This document shows, piece after piece, positions 39,704-48,207 of a DNA stretch of 64,000 bases. The notes beneath the pieces are model-generated. The model was not told the origin of the DNA. It ran no database searches and was given only the letters and a program-made list of their open reading frames with translations. The DNA is from Trueperaceae bacterium (GTDB lineage Bacteria > Deinococcota > Deinococci > Deinococcales > Trueperaceae): contig OZ243913.1 of assembly GCA_965213705.1 (NCBI GenBank), forward strand, positions 1,600,001 to 1,664,000, written 5' to 3'. The translations under genes were made by a program, and so were the position numbers. How positions within the stretch are numbered: the stretch's first letter is position 1; each line of letters begins with the position of its first letter.

Positions 39704-40279
39704 TTGAGGACGACAGTGATAAGGAAAATCAAGCGGTCAAAGGGCTTCGCGCGCTGGTCTGCCTACGAGTTCGACCGCGACGGTTTCGGCCTCTGGCTGT
39801 TCACCCCACCGGGGAGCTTGTTCCGGGCGGAGGTCGGTGGCGCGATTGCGGAGTGTGAGGTCGGGCAGGGCACGCGTCCAGCCGGTTTGGCGGTGTTGCA
39901 TCTCATCCCGTTGTCCGGTTGGTGGATGGCGCAGTGGACTGCCGAAGGTGCGGGGGCGTTCGTCAGCGTGGAGGTATGCACGCCGCCCGCGCTTCTGGAC
40001 GGCGAGTGGAGGTTCGTGGACCTTGAGCTTGACCCCTACCGGGGACCGGAGGGTCGCGTGGTCGTGGACGATGAGAATGAGTTCGTGGCGGCGTGCGCGG
40101 CGGGGTCGATTACGCCTAAAGAGGCAGTTGCGGCACGTGCAGCCGCGGCTGAGGTTGAGGGCTGGCTAACGAGCAGCGTGGAACCGTTTGGGCAGGTGGG
40201 GTGGGAGAAACTTCGTGACGCGGCCCAGCGTGGTTTGGCACCGCTAAGAGGTCTACCCCATGCGTCATCGGATCATTGA
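39704..40279 (+). CDS. DUF402-like protein
   Basis: D.FG.WL, WWMAQW, VDLELD and DENEF motifs; atypical codon usage. Confidence 0.7.
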   Translation: MRTTVIRKIKRSKGFARWSAYEFDRDGFGLWLFTPPGSLFRAEVGGAIAECEVGQGTRPAGLAVLHLIPLSGWWMAQWTAEGAGAFVSVEVCTPPALLDGEWRFVDLELDPYRGPEGRVVVDDENEFVAACAAGSITPKEAVAARAAAAEVEGWLTSSVEPFGQVGWEKLRDAAQRGLAPLRGLPHASSDH

Positions 40280-40356
40280 GCGCGCCTTAGGGCGCCGCTC
40301 AACGCAAACAGTTATGCGTGAGTTGCGCGCGTCTGTCGCACAGAGCGCTAACAGCG

Positions 40357-40384
40357 AGGAGCTGACCGCGGGCGGTCAGCTCCT
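40357..40384. terminator. strong hairpin between convergent genes
   Basis: AGGAGCTGACCG cggg CGGTCAGCTCCT. Confidence 0.55.
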
Positions 40385-40469
40385 GAGTGGAGGTCGGATA
40401 GGGCGTAGCCCTTGCGAGTTGGACGCTAAGGCAAAGTCGGCATCCGACTCGGCGGTTTTTGGTGAGTTA

Positions 40470-41288
40470 CTACCTTTGCTTCGATCTCACGCGCAACCCG
40501 TTCAGTGCGAAACCAAAGCAGAGGGCGGCGAGGAGAAGCCCGGCGAGGAGCCCGCTGAGGAGCGCTTGCTCCTCCCAGCCCGTCAGCACCAGGGCGCGGG
40601 TCGCGTCGAGTACGTAGGTAATGGGGTTGGCGCGGGCGGCAACCGCGAGCCATCCGTCTAAAAGGTCAATCGGCACAAAAGTGGCAGTCAGAAAGGAGAG
40701 CGGGAAGAACAAGAACGACGCGCCCTCGGTGGCCGCGGCGTTGCCGCTCAGGAGTGCCACGCCGACCGTGAAGCTGCCGAAGCCGACCCCCACGACCAGG
40801 GTGTAGCCGAGCAGCGCCAGGAGACCCAGCCAGCCCGTGGCGACCTCGAGCCCAATTAAAAAACCGATAGCCAAAAGGACAACTGTTTGCACGACCAACA
40901 CCAAGCCCGCCGCCAGGATAGGGCCGAACACGAGCGCGGCGCGGCTGATGGGCGTGAGCTGAAGCTTGTCGAAGTAACCGCTCTCTAAGTCTCTCACCAA
41001 GGACTGCCCTGCCAAACCCGCCCCGCTAAACGCCGCGCTCACGATGGAGAGCGGCAGGATGAAACCCAAGTAGTCTTACCCTTGCAAGAAAAAGCTCGCC
41101 GCCTGCCCGAGCTGTCCCTCGTAGATGAAGAGGAAAAAGAGGCTAATTAGCAGCGGCACAACCAGCGGAAAGGGATTTCTGAGGCTGACCCTCAAGGTGC
41201 GTAGGGTGGTTGCGCCCAGTTGCGCGACAAGTGGCATGTTCGTTGCTGAGGCTGCGTTCTTGGCTGCCATAACGGTGGCGATGCTCAT
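40470..41288 (-). pseudogene. ABC-2 type exporter permease interrupted by one in-frame TAA
   Basis: ORFs 41076-41288 and 40470-41069 are in the same frame and read ...SFFLQG*DYLGFILP...; stop at 41076-41078. Confidence 0.85.
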
Positions 41289-41296
41289 GGCTTCTC

Positions 41297-42253
41297 CTAA
41301 GCGGCTTTCGCAGATGTTTCGTTCTCAAAGCGCTGCCCCGTGACCTGTAGAAACACGTCGTCGAGGCTGGGCTGGGTCAGCGTGAGGGACTGGGGGGAAA
41401 GTCCGTTGCTGTTCAACTCTGTCACAACCTTGGCGACGGCCTCGGCGGCGTTCGGCAGATAGAGCCTCAGCACCTTTTTGTCAAGTACGGCGTTATGGGT
41501 AAGCGCGCTCAACACGCTGTGAGCTCGCTTTGGCGTATCCTCGTCGGCGAACTCGAGGTTGATCGACTCCCCGCCGAGTTCAGCCTTGAGTTTGGCGGGG
41601 GTGCCCTCGGCGGCGATGCTGCCCGCGCTGATGATGGCGACGCGCCCCGCCAGCGCGTCCGCCTCCTCCAGATACTGCGTGGTGAGGAAGATGGTCATGC
41701 CGCGCTCCCGGTTGAGGCGTTTGACCTCCCGCCACACGTCACGGCGGCTCGCGGGGTCTAAGCCCGTGGTGGGCTCGTCGAGGAACAAGATGTCGGGCTC
41801 GTGGACGAGCGCCAGCGCCAGGTCGAGCCGCCGCCGCATCCCGCCGCTGAACTTACCGCACCGCTTATGAGTGACGCTAGAGAGCCCGACAACCTCGAGC
41901 AGCCCACTAGCTCGCGCTTTCGCGTCACGCCGCGACAACCCGAACAAACTCGCCTGCAACACCAGCAGCTCGCCCGGCGTCATGAGCGGGTCGAGCCCGA
42001 TCTCCTGCAAAGCCACCCCGCTCACCCGGCGCACCCGCGCCGCCTCCCTGGCTACGTCGAAGCCGCCGACTTCGGCGCGCCCTCCCGTCGGCGCGGCGAG
42101 CGTGGTGAGCATCGCCACGGTGGTGCTCTTGCCCGCGCCGTTAGGACCCAAAAAGCCGAACACCTCGCCCGCCTCGACCTCTAGCGAGACGCCATCCACG
42201 GCGGTGAAGGTGCCGTAGCGCTTGACGAGGTTGTCAGCGACGATCTTGGTCAT
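41297..42253 (-). CDS. ABC exporter ATP-binding protein (DrrA-like)
   Basis: GPNGAGKST, FSGGMRRR, LDEPTTGLD and TTQYLEEA motifs. Confidence 0.93.
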   Translation of the reverse strand: MTKIVADNLVKRYGTFTAVDGVSLEVEAGEVFGFLGPNGAGKSTTVAMLTTLAAPTGGRAEVGGFDVAREAARVRRVSGVALQEIGLDPLMTPGELLVLQASLFGLSRRDAKARASGLLEVVGLSSVTHKRCGKFSGGMRRRLDLALALVHEPDILFLDEPTTGLDPASRRDVWREVKRLNRERGMTIFLTTQYLEEADALAGRVAIISAGSIAAEGTPAKLKAELGGESINLEFADEDTPKRAHSVLSALTHNAVLDKKVLRLYLPNAAEAVAKVVTELNSNGLSPQSLTLTQPSLDDVFLQVTGQRFENETSAKAA

Positions 42254-42881
42254 ACTTTTTTCCTTTCGCCCAGCCTGACGGAGCTTTTGCTCGAGGCCTG
42301 GTGTTGTAGAACGCGTCCTCGTTCCACAGCGCGACGCTTACCGACACCGCCGAGGCGAGCCCGAGCCAGGGAAGGATGGTCGAGAGAGAGAGGGCGGTCT
42401 TGGCGTCTTTAAGCCGTGTCGTCGCCACGTAAAAGCTGCCCAGGTTGAGCCCGGTGTCGAGAAGCGTTGTTACGGCCCCGTTGGTCGGCGAGCGCAGCCC
42501 GAAGTAAAGGGGGTTAAAGCTCGCGTAGTTGACGAGCGAGACGCCCTGAAGGGTGAGATAAGCCCTTCTGCCCGGCGCCCCTTCCGGCAGGTTGAGCACG
42601 CGGACCAAGCCTGCGGTCCGGGCGGCGTTGTTGATGGCCCACGCGACCGGGAAAGCGGGACCGGGCGGGGCGAACACGGGCAGCGTCAGGTTTTCGTAAA
42701 ATTCATCCTGCGCTTTCCTCGTGCTGTCGTTACCGGTAGCTTGCTCAGTAAGCTTGCTTAGACCGTAGCTCAAGGCTTCGGTACCCAAGTGTAGGAGAGG
42801 GGCATGGTACCAACGCCAACGGTTTCTCCTGCTCTCACTAGAATTCACGTTCTGCGGACGGTCTATAACGGTTTGCTTCAC
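42234..42881 (-). CDS. TspO/MBR family tryptophan-rich sensory protein
   Basis: FYENLTLPVFAPPGPAFPVAW, LYFGLRS, LPWL and ALWN motifs; GTGA overlap with the hydrolase stop. Confidence 0.75.
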   Translation of the reverse strand: MKQTVIDRPQNVNSSESRRNRWRWYHAPLLHLGTEALSYGLSKLTEQATGNDSTRKAQDEFYENLTLPVFAPPGPAFPVAWAINNAARTAGLVRVLNLPEGAPGRRAYLTLQGVSLVNYASFNPLYFGLRSPTNGAVTTLLDTGLNLGSFYVATTRLKDAKTALSLSTILPWLGLASAVSVSVALWNEDAFYNTRPRAKAPSGWAKGKKYDQDRR

Positions 42882-43801
42882 CCGCTCACCTCGAGCTTTC
42901 TCACAACAGCCCTCACCACGGCGTCCGGGTTTTCCCGATGCGGGAGGTGTCCGACGCCCGCCAGAAGGTGCCTGCTCGCCTCGCCCGTGAAGTGCGCTCT
43001 CCAGCGTTCGTCGCCCTCCCAAGGCAGGACGACGCCATCGTCTTTGCCAATGAGCAGCGTCGTCGGGACGGTAATGTCGGGACCCTCGGCCAGTTTCCCT
43101 TCCAGCGCGTCAAGCCGGGGGTCGGCCACCGCGCCCTCCACACGCCCGTGACGGTAACTGCTCAGTACGACGTCCACAAAGTCAGGGTTCTCGAGCGACG
43201 CGGCGGCGGTCTCGAACGCCTCCTGACTTTCCGCCCAGGTGGGCGACCAGACCTTCCAGAGGTACTTACAGAAACCCTTAGCGTCGCCGCGCAGCAGCGG
43301 CTCGCCCATATCGGAGAGGAGCACCCACTGGTACCAAAGGGCGTGCAGCACCTCGGGCGGCGGGAAGCCCGACTCGTCCCAGGCGAGTTCGTAGTCGGTG
43401 AACGAGATAAGGTGTTCAACCCGCTCGGGGTAGAGAGCGCTCACGGCCTGCGCCGCGCGTGCGCCCCAGTCATGACCGACGAGGGTAAAGGTGTCCAAAC
43501 CCAGCCCGTCGGCGAACTCGAGCACGTCACACGTCAGCGCGGCAAGCTGACCGCTGCGCGGCGTGTTATCCGACAGGAAGCGGGTCGGCCCGAAGCCTCG
43601 AGAGTAAGGTGCATAGGCGTGAAAACCCCTGTTAGCCAGTGCCTCACCAACCGCACCCCACGAAGCGGCGTCCTCCGGGAAGCCGTGGAGGAGGAGAACC
43701 GCCCGCTCACCTTCTCCCCATTCGTGGTAGGCCAGCTCGAGGGCGGAGGTATTAACGGCCTTGTAGAGACACTCACGCTTGTCTATCGTCACAGCTGTCA
43801 T
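42878..43801 (-). CDS. alpha/beta hydrolase (epoxide hydrolase-like)
   Basis: LHGFPE, RGFGPT, GHDWG and GHLPHRE motifs; ATG 43801 follows AAGGAG. Confidence 0.9.
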   Translation of the reverse strand: MTAVTIDKRECLYKAVNTSALELAYHEWGEGERAVLLLHGFPEDAASWGAVGEALANRGFHAYAPYSRGFGPTRFLSDNTPRSGQLAALTCDVLEFADGLGLDTFTLVGHDWGARAAQAVSALYPERVEHLISFTDYELAWDESGFPPPEVLHALWYQWVLLSDMGEPLLRGDAKGFCKYLWKVWSPTWAESQEAFETAAASLENPDFVDVVLSSYRHGRVEGAVADPRLDALEGKLAEGPDITVPTTLLIGKDDGVVLPWEGDERWRAHFTGEASRHLLAGVGHLPHRENPDAVVRAVVRKLEVSG

Positions 43802-43860
43802 AAAGCTCCTTACCTTCTTTAACATTTGCGGGGACCCGGGTAATCCGCTACAATGATTAT

Positions 43861-44340
43861 ATGAGTAAGAAGCTGCAGAATCAAGAGGTTGCACAAAGCA
43901 GAGATATAGATAAGGAGATGCAGACCTCGTTCCAACATCTCAGCGCGATGCTGCTTACGATGAGCGCCCGGGTCGCCGAGGACATGAGTTTCACGCTGAC
44001 CGAGATCTTGGTTGCCGAACACCTGCGCCTCTACGGCCCTCTCACGCCCGGAGAGGTGGGCGAGCGCGTGGGGCTCAGCTCAGGGGCGGTGACGCGCCTG
44101 CTCGACCGGCTCGAAGCGCGCGGCTTCACACGGCGGGCGGCTCACCCCGAGGACCGCCGCAAGGTGCTCATGCACTACGTCGAGCAGGCTCCAGACATGA
44201 TCGAGCGCCCGCTGGCTCTCTACGACAAGCTAAATAAAGCCGCCGAGGTGTTTAATGAGAGAGAAAAAGAAGCGATCACGCGCTTCTTGAACTTAATGGC
44301 ACAGGCTGTCGAGGAAAGCGTCCAAATCAAAGATGGCTAG
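43861..44340 (+). CDS. MarR family transcriptional regulator
   Basis: GLSSGAVTRLLDRLE and DRRK motifs; divergent from the hydrolase; TACAAT 6 nt before ATG. Confidence 0.9.
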   Translation: MSKKLQNQEVAQSRDIDKEMQTSFQHLSAMLLTMSARVAEDMSFTLTEILVAEHLRLYGPLTPGEVGERVGLSSGAVTRLLDRLEARGFTRRAAHPEDRRKVLMHYVEQAPDMIERPLALYDKLNKAAEVFNEREKEAITRFLNLMAQAVEESVQIKDG

Positions 44341-44485
44341 TGGGCGCTACGGGCGCTTCTGCGACGAACGCGCGCAACTACCGCACCAGCGGCCGGCTTT
44401 TTGGCAACAGGTTGAACTGAGTTTTGAAGCGCGTCAAACAAGATAGCTTTTCTGTCAGCAGGGTTATGAGTTTGAGGCAAACGGT

Positions 44486-45250
44486 CTACACGATGCCCCT
44501 CGAGCGCAGCAGCAAAAACACGGCGACGGCCACGACTAGGTAAACGAGCCAGCGGCCGTACTTAGCGGTTCCCGCGCTGACGCCGCCGCGCAACGTTTCG
44601 CGGGCCTCTTCGCGGATTTGCTTTTGCGACGCGCTTTGCGCTTTGCGCAGCGCGCGGACGCTCTTGCCCATCTGGCCTTTGCGCCGGTAGGCGACGCCCA
44701 AGTTGTGGTGGGCGTTGCCGAAGCTGTCGTTTAAGCTGAGCGCCCGCTCGTAAGCGGCGATAGCCGCGTCGACGTCGCCCGCCTCCAGGGCCAAGTTGCC
44801 CAGGTTGGTCATCGCCCGGTAGTTTTTGGGGTCGGCGGCGAGGGCGCGTTCGAAACTTTCTCTCGCCCGTTCGACTTGGTTGTCGATAACCAGCGCGGTG
44901 CCGCGCAGCGTTTCGGCCTCGGCGCGGAGCAGGAGCGTGTCGACGGGGGCCAGGGTGAGGAGCGCTTCTTCGACACGGTTTCTGCCGACTTCTTCAGCTC
45001 CCCGTTGCACCCGCAACAGGTCGGCCTCGAGCCCTGCCCAGTCGACAAAGTCGGGGCGGTTTTCCACCTTGCCGAGGACACGCACGGCCCGCGCGTAACC
45101 CTTGTCGCGCAACGCGGCCTGCATTGCTGCGAGCGCGTCTAGGGCGTCGTAAACCTCTTCGTTTATGTTCTCCGAACGCCGGTATTGAGCCAGCGCTTCA
45201 CCGGCGCGGCCCTCGGCAAGAGCGGTTTGCCAACTGTAGGTCTCGTCCAT
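44486..45250 (-). CDS. tetratricopeptide repeat protein with C-terminal membrane anchor
   Basis: NLG...A...Y..AL repeats and a hydrophobic tail. Confidence 0.85.
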   Translation of the reverse strand: MDETYSWQTALAEGRAGEALAQYRRSENINEEVYDALDALAAMQAALRDKGYARAVRVLGKVENRPDFVDWAGLEADLLRVQRGAEEVGRNRVEEALLTLAPVDTLLLRAEAETLRGTALVIDNQVERARESFERALAADPKNYRAMTNLGNLALEAGDVDAAIAAYERALSLNDSFGNAHHNLGVAYRRKGQMGKSVRALRKAQSASQKQIREEARETLRGGVSAGTAKYGRWLVYLVVAVAVFLLLRSRGIV

Positions 45251-45346
45251 GTCAAGCCTGAGCCGAAACCCCGAGACGAGGGTTCGACCGCTTCTTGAAG
45301 TATGTCGGGTTTGAACATGTTGGTGCCGCTGTCATCCTAGGCGCGC

Positions 45347-46735
45347 TCACCGCTGGACGGCGGCGTACAGGTTCAGGTACTGCTGCGCCGAAGCCGTCCA
45401 ACTGAAGTCCTCGTTCATCGCCTCGCTCATCATATACCGCCAGTGGTCGGCGGTTTGGTAAGCGCCCCGCGCCACGCCGGTCGCCCACAACAAACCCTCG
45501 GGCGTCGCGTGCTCGAACAAAAAGCCGCTGCGGTCGTGCTGCACCGTGTCGACAAGCCCGCCGGTCGCCCTCACCACAGGCGGCGAGCCGTAGCGCATCG
45601 CTATCATCTGGGTCAATCCGCAGGGCTCGAAGCGACTCGGCACCGCCAGGCTGTCCGAAGCCGCGTAAACGTGGTGCGCCAAACCTTCGTCGTAGCCGAT
45701 ATAGCTCGCCACCCGGCCGGGACGGGCGGCGGTGTGGTGGTGCAGCGCGGCCTCGAGGGCGGGGTCCCCCGAGCCCAAAACGATGAGGTTCCAGTCTTGC
45801 CACAGCAGCCCCGGAATCGCGTCGATGAGAACGTCCAGCCCCTTTTGGTCGACGAGTCTCGAGACCACACCAAGCAGGGGTTTATTTACGTCGAGGTTGA
45901 ACCGCTCGCAGAGGACGCGTTTATTGACCTGTTTGTCGTCCAGGGTTTCAAGCGAGTACGGCTGCGGCAAGGCAGTATCCGTCGCCGGGTTCCAGATGTC
46001 GGTGTCGATGCCGTTCAAGATGCCTACCAACTTGTAGGAAATGTGCCGTAACGTACCGTCCAAACCGTAGCCGTACTGAGGTGTTTTAACCTCTTCGGCG
46101 TAGGTGGGGCTCACCGTGGTGACCACGTCGGCAAAGCCGAGCGCCGCCTGCATGGCGTTTGCCACACCGAAGCGGTTCATGTAGCTGTCTTTAAGTGAGG
46201 CCGGCAGGCGCAGCCAGTGCAGCGTTTCTTCCAAGCCCGACGCCCCCTGGTACTGCGCGTTGTGGATGGTGAACACGCTTGCCCTGCGAGGAAACCCTTC
46301 GGGCAGGTGCCAACCGTGTGTGAGCACCATCGGCAAGTAGCCGGTGTGCCAGTCGTTCGCGTGGACGACCTCGGGAACAAAGCCCAGGTGCGCTGCCGCT
46401 TGGGGTACGGCCCTGGTAAACAAGCAAAAACGCCAGGCGTCGTCGGGGTAACCGTACAGACTGTCCCGCTGAAACGCCTCGTGGCCGACAAAGGCGTAGC
46501 GCACGCCGCCACGCTCCACCACGCCGACGCCGCAAACGGCGACGCCGCCGTCAAAAGGCACCCACTCGTCCCCGACCCAGAGCGGCGTAGCCTTTAGGGT
46601 TTTGTACCAGGGGCTGACCACCACGACCTCGTGGCCCAGCGCGGCCAGGGCCTCGGGCAAGCCCCCGGCCACGTCGGCCAAGCCGCCCGTCTTGCTGAAC
46701 GGGTAAACCTCACTGCTGGCGAGCAAAATACGCAT
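45347..46735 (-). CDS. glgA: glycogen synthase
   Basis: KTGGLADV, HANDWHT, SRLVDQKG and PSRFEPCGL motifs. Confidence 0.96.
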   Translation of the reverse strand: MRILLASSEVYPFSKTGGLADVAGGLPEALAALGHEVVVVSPWYKTLKATPLWVGDEWVPFDGGVAVCGVGVVERGGVRYAFVGHEAFQRDSLYGYPDDAWRFCLFTRAVPQAAAHLGFVPEVVHANDWHTGYLPMVLTHGWHLPEGFPRRASVFTIHNAQYQGASGLEETLHWLRLPASLKDSYMNRFGVANAMQAALGFADVVTTVSPTYAEEVKTPQYGYGLDGTLRHISYKLVGILNGIDTDIWNPATDTALPQPYSLETLDDKQVNKRVLCERFNLDVNKPLLGVVSRLVDQKGLDVLIDAIPGLLWQDWNLIVLGSGDPALEAALHHHTAARPGRVASYIGYDEGLAHHVYAASDSLAVPSRFEPCGLTQMIAMRYGSPPVVRATGGLVDTVQHDRSGFLFEHATPEGLLWATGVARGAYQTADHWRYMMSEAMNEDFSWTASAQQYLNLYAAVQR

Positions 46736-46898
46736 GGGCGAGTATACCCTGCAGTTCCAGGGGGCGCGGCTCGAGCCACCCGGCGCTGTTTACCGTAGAA
46801 GTAGGAAGTATGCGAAACATTAGCAGTTGTAACGTCTTTAGGAGGCGGGCGTCAAGCGACCGCCGGGTTTAAAAAAGGCACAGCGCAACAAAAAAAGC

Positions 46899-46944
46899 AG
46901 TAAAAAGTACCAAGTCGAAAGTGTTTGACTCGGTACTTTTTACT
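46899..46944. terminator. hairpin built from AGTAnnn heptamers, downstream of the ABC permeases
   Basis: AGTAAAAAGTACCAAGTCGAA pairs with TTTGACTCGGTACTTTTTACT (19 of 21). Confidence 0.6.
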
Positions 46945-46965
46945 AGGTACTCGGTACTTCTTAAC

Positions 46966-48198
46966 TCAGCCTTTGAGCCCCGAACTCGAGAGCCCTTCGA
47001 TAAAGTAACGCTGCGCCAGGATGAAAATAATCATCGGCGGCAAAATCGCAATCGCGGCCCCGGTCAGCACCAGGTTCGGGCGGTCGGCGGCGATGTTGCT
47101 GAGTTTGATAAGGGCCAGCGTGAGCACGTGGTTCGACTCGTTCGCCTCGTTGATGATGAGGAGCGGCCACAAAAAGCTGTTCCAGGCGTATAAAAACGAA
47201 AAAATCGCCAGCGTGGCAATCGCCGGGCCGCTCAGCGGCACAAAAATTTGCCACAGCACCCGGAAGCGGCTCGCCCCGTCCAACATGGCGGCCTCTTCCA
47301 AATCTTTAGGGATGGAGATGAAAAACTGGCGCATCAAAAACGTGCCGTAGGCCGTAAAAATCCAGGGCAGGATGAGCGCGACGAGCTGGTTTTGCCAGTC
47401 CAGAATCACCATCAGTCGGTACATCGGGATAATCAGCACCACGAAGGGAATCATGATGCTGCCCAGGTACAGCAAAAACAGCGTGTCCCGCCCGCGGAAC
47501 TGCACCCGGCTGAAGGCGTAGCCGCCGAAAATCGAGGTGACGAGCTGTCCCAGTACCACCAATACCGTCACGAGCACGGTGTTGACGAGCGCCCGGTCTA
47601 AATCGAGGGTGGAGAACGCCCGGTAATTTTGCCACTGAAAGTCCACGTACTCTTCCTTTGACGCGGTGCGCTCGACGGCGTAGGTGCTCAGTGCCGGGTT
47701 CTCAGGCACGACGAAGCGGTTTTGTGCGCCGCGATAGGCGAGCAGCAATTCTTGCGTTTCACCGTCCGTTTCAACCTCGTAAACGTCGAAGGTTTCCTCC
47801 GCCTCGCCTTTTTGTACCGTCACCGTGCGGCCCGTTTCTACCGCGTCGTCCAGCGGCACCTCAGCCACGACCTTGCTGCTGCGCGGGTCGCTAAGGTTCG
47901 CGCCGTCTTCATCAGTAAAAAATCCGAAGCGTTCACGCTCGCCGGTGTCCACCACGGGCCGCCGTTCCCCGTCTACGCGCAGGTTGTAAAGCGGCACCTG
48001 CGCGCCCTCGTACTCGGTGGTCGCTTGGGTGAGCGGCAACAAGGCCGGCGGGTAGCGAAACACGTCCGACGAGGTCTTGAACGAGGTGAAGAGCATGTAC
48101 AAAAACGGGAAAATCATCAGAAAACCGAACAGACTGAGCGCCGTGTAAGCGAGGGCGCGCAACAGAAACGTGCGCGGGCTGAGGTTGAAAAGCTTCAT
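46966..48198 (-). CDS. carbohydrate ABC transporter permease (MalG-like) with large extracytoplasmic insert
   Basis: LEEAAMLDGA EAA loop, WNSFLWP. Confidence 0.9.
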   Translation of the reverse strand: MKLFNLSPRTFLLRALAYTALSLFGFLMIFPFLYMLFTSFKTSSDVFRYPPALLPLTQATTEYEGAQVPLYNLRVDGERRPVVDTGERERFGFFTDEDGANLSDPRSSKVVAEVPLDDAVETGRTVTVQKGEAEETFDVYEVETDGETQELLLAYRGAQNRFVVPENPALSTYAVERTASKEEYVDFQWQNYRAFSTLDLDRALVNTVLVTVLVVLGQLVTSIFGGYAFSRVQFRGRDTLFLLYLGSIMIPFVVLIIPMYRLMVILDWQNQLVALILPWIFTAYGTFLMRQFFISIPKDLEEAAMLDGASRFRVLWQIFVPLSGPAIATLAIFSFLYAWNSFLWPLLIINEANESNHVLTLALIKLSNIAADRPNLVLTGAAIAILPPMIIFILAQRYFIEGLSSSGLKG

Positions 48199-48207
48199 CC
48201 CTGCCTC

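Larger units (their letters stand above)
40315..44385. mobile_element. putative non-autonomous transposon-like cassette bounded by imperfect inverted repeats
   Basis: 40315-40348 matches the reverse complement of 44353-44385 at 28 of 34 columns; TG...CA ends; GATC cluster inside; no transposase or target-site duplication seen. Confidence 0.5.
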
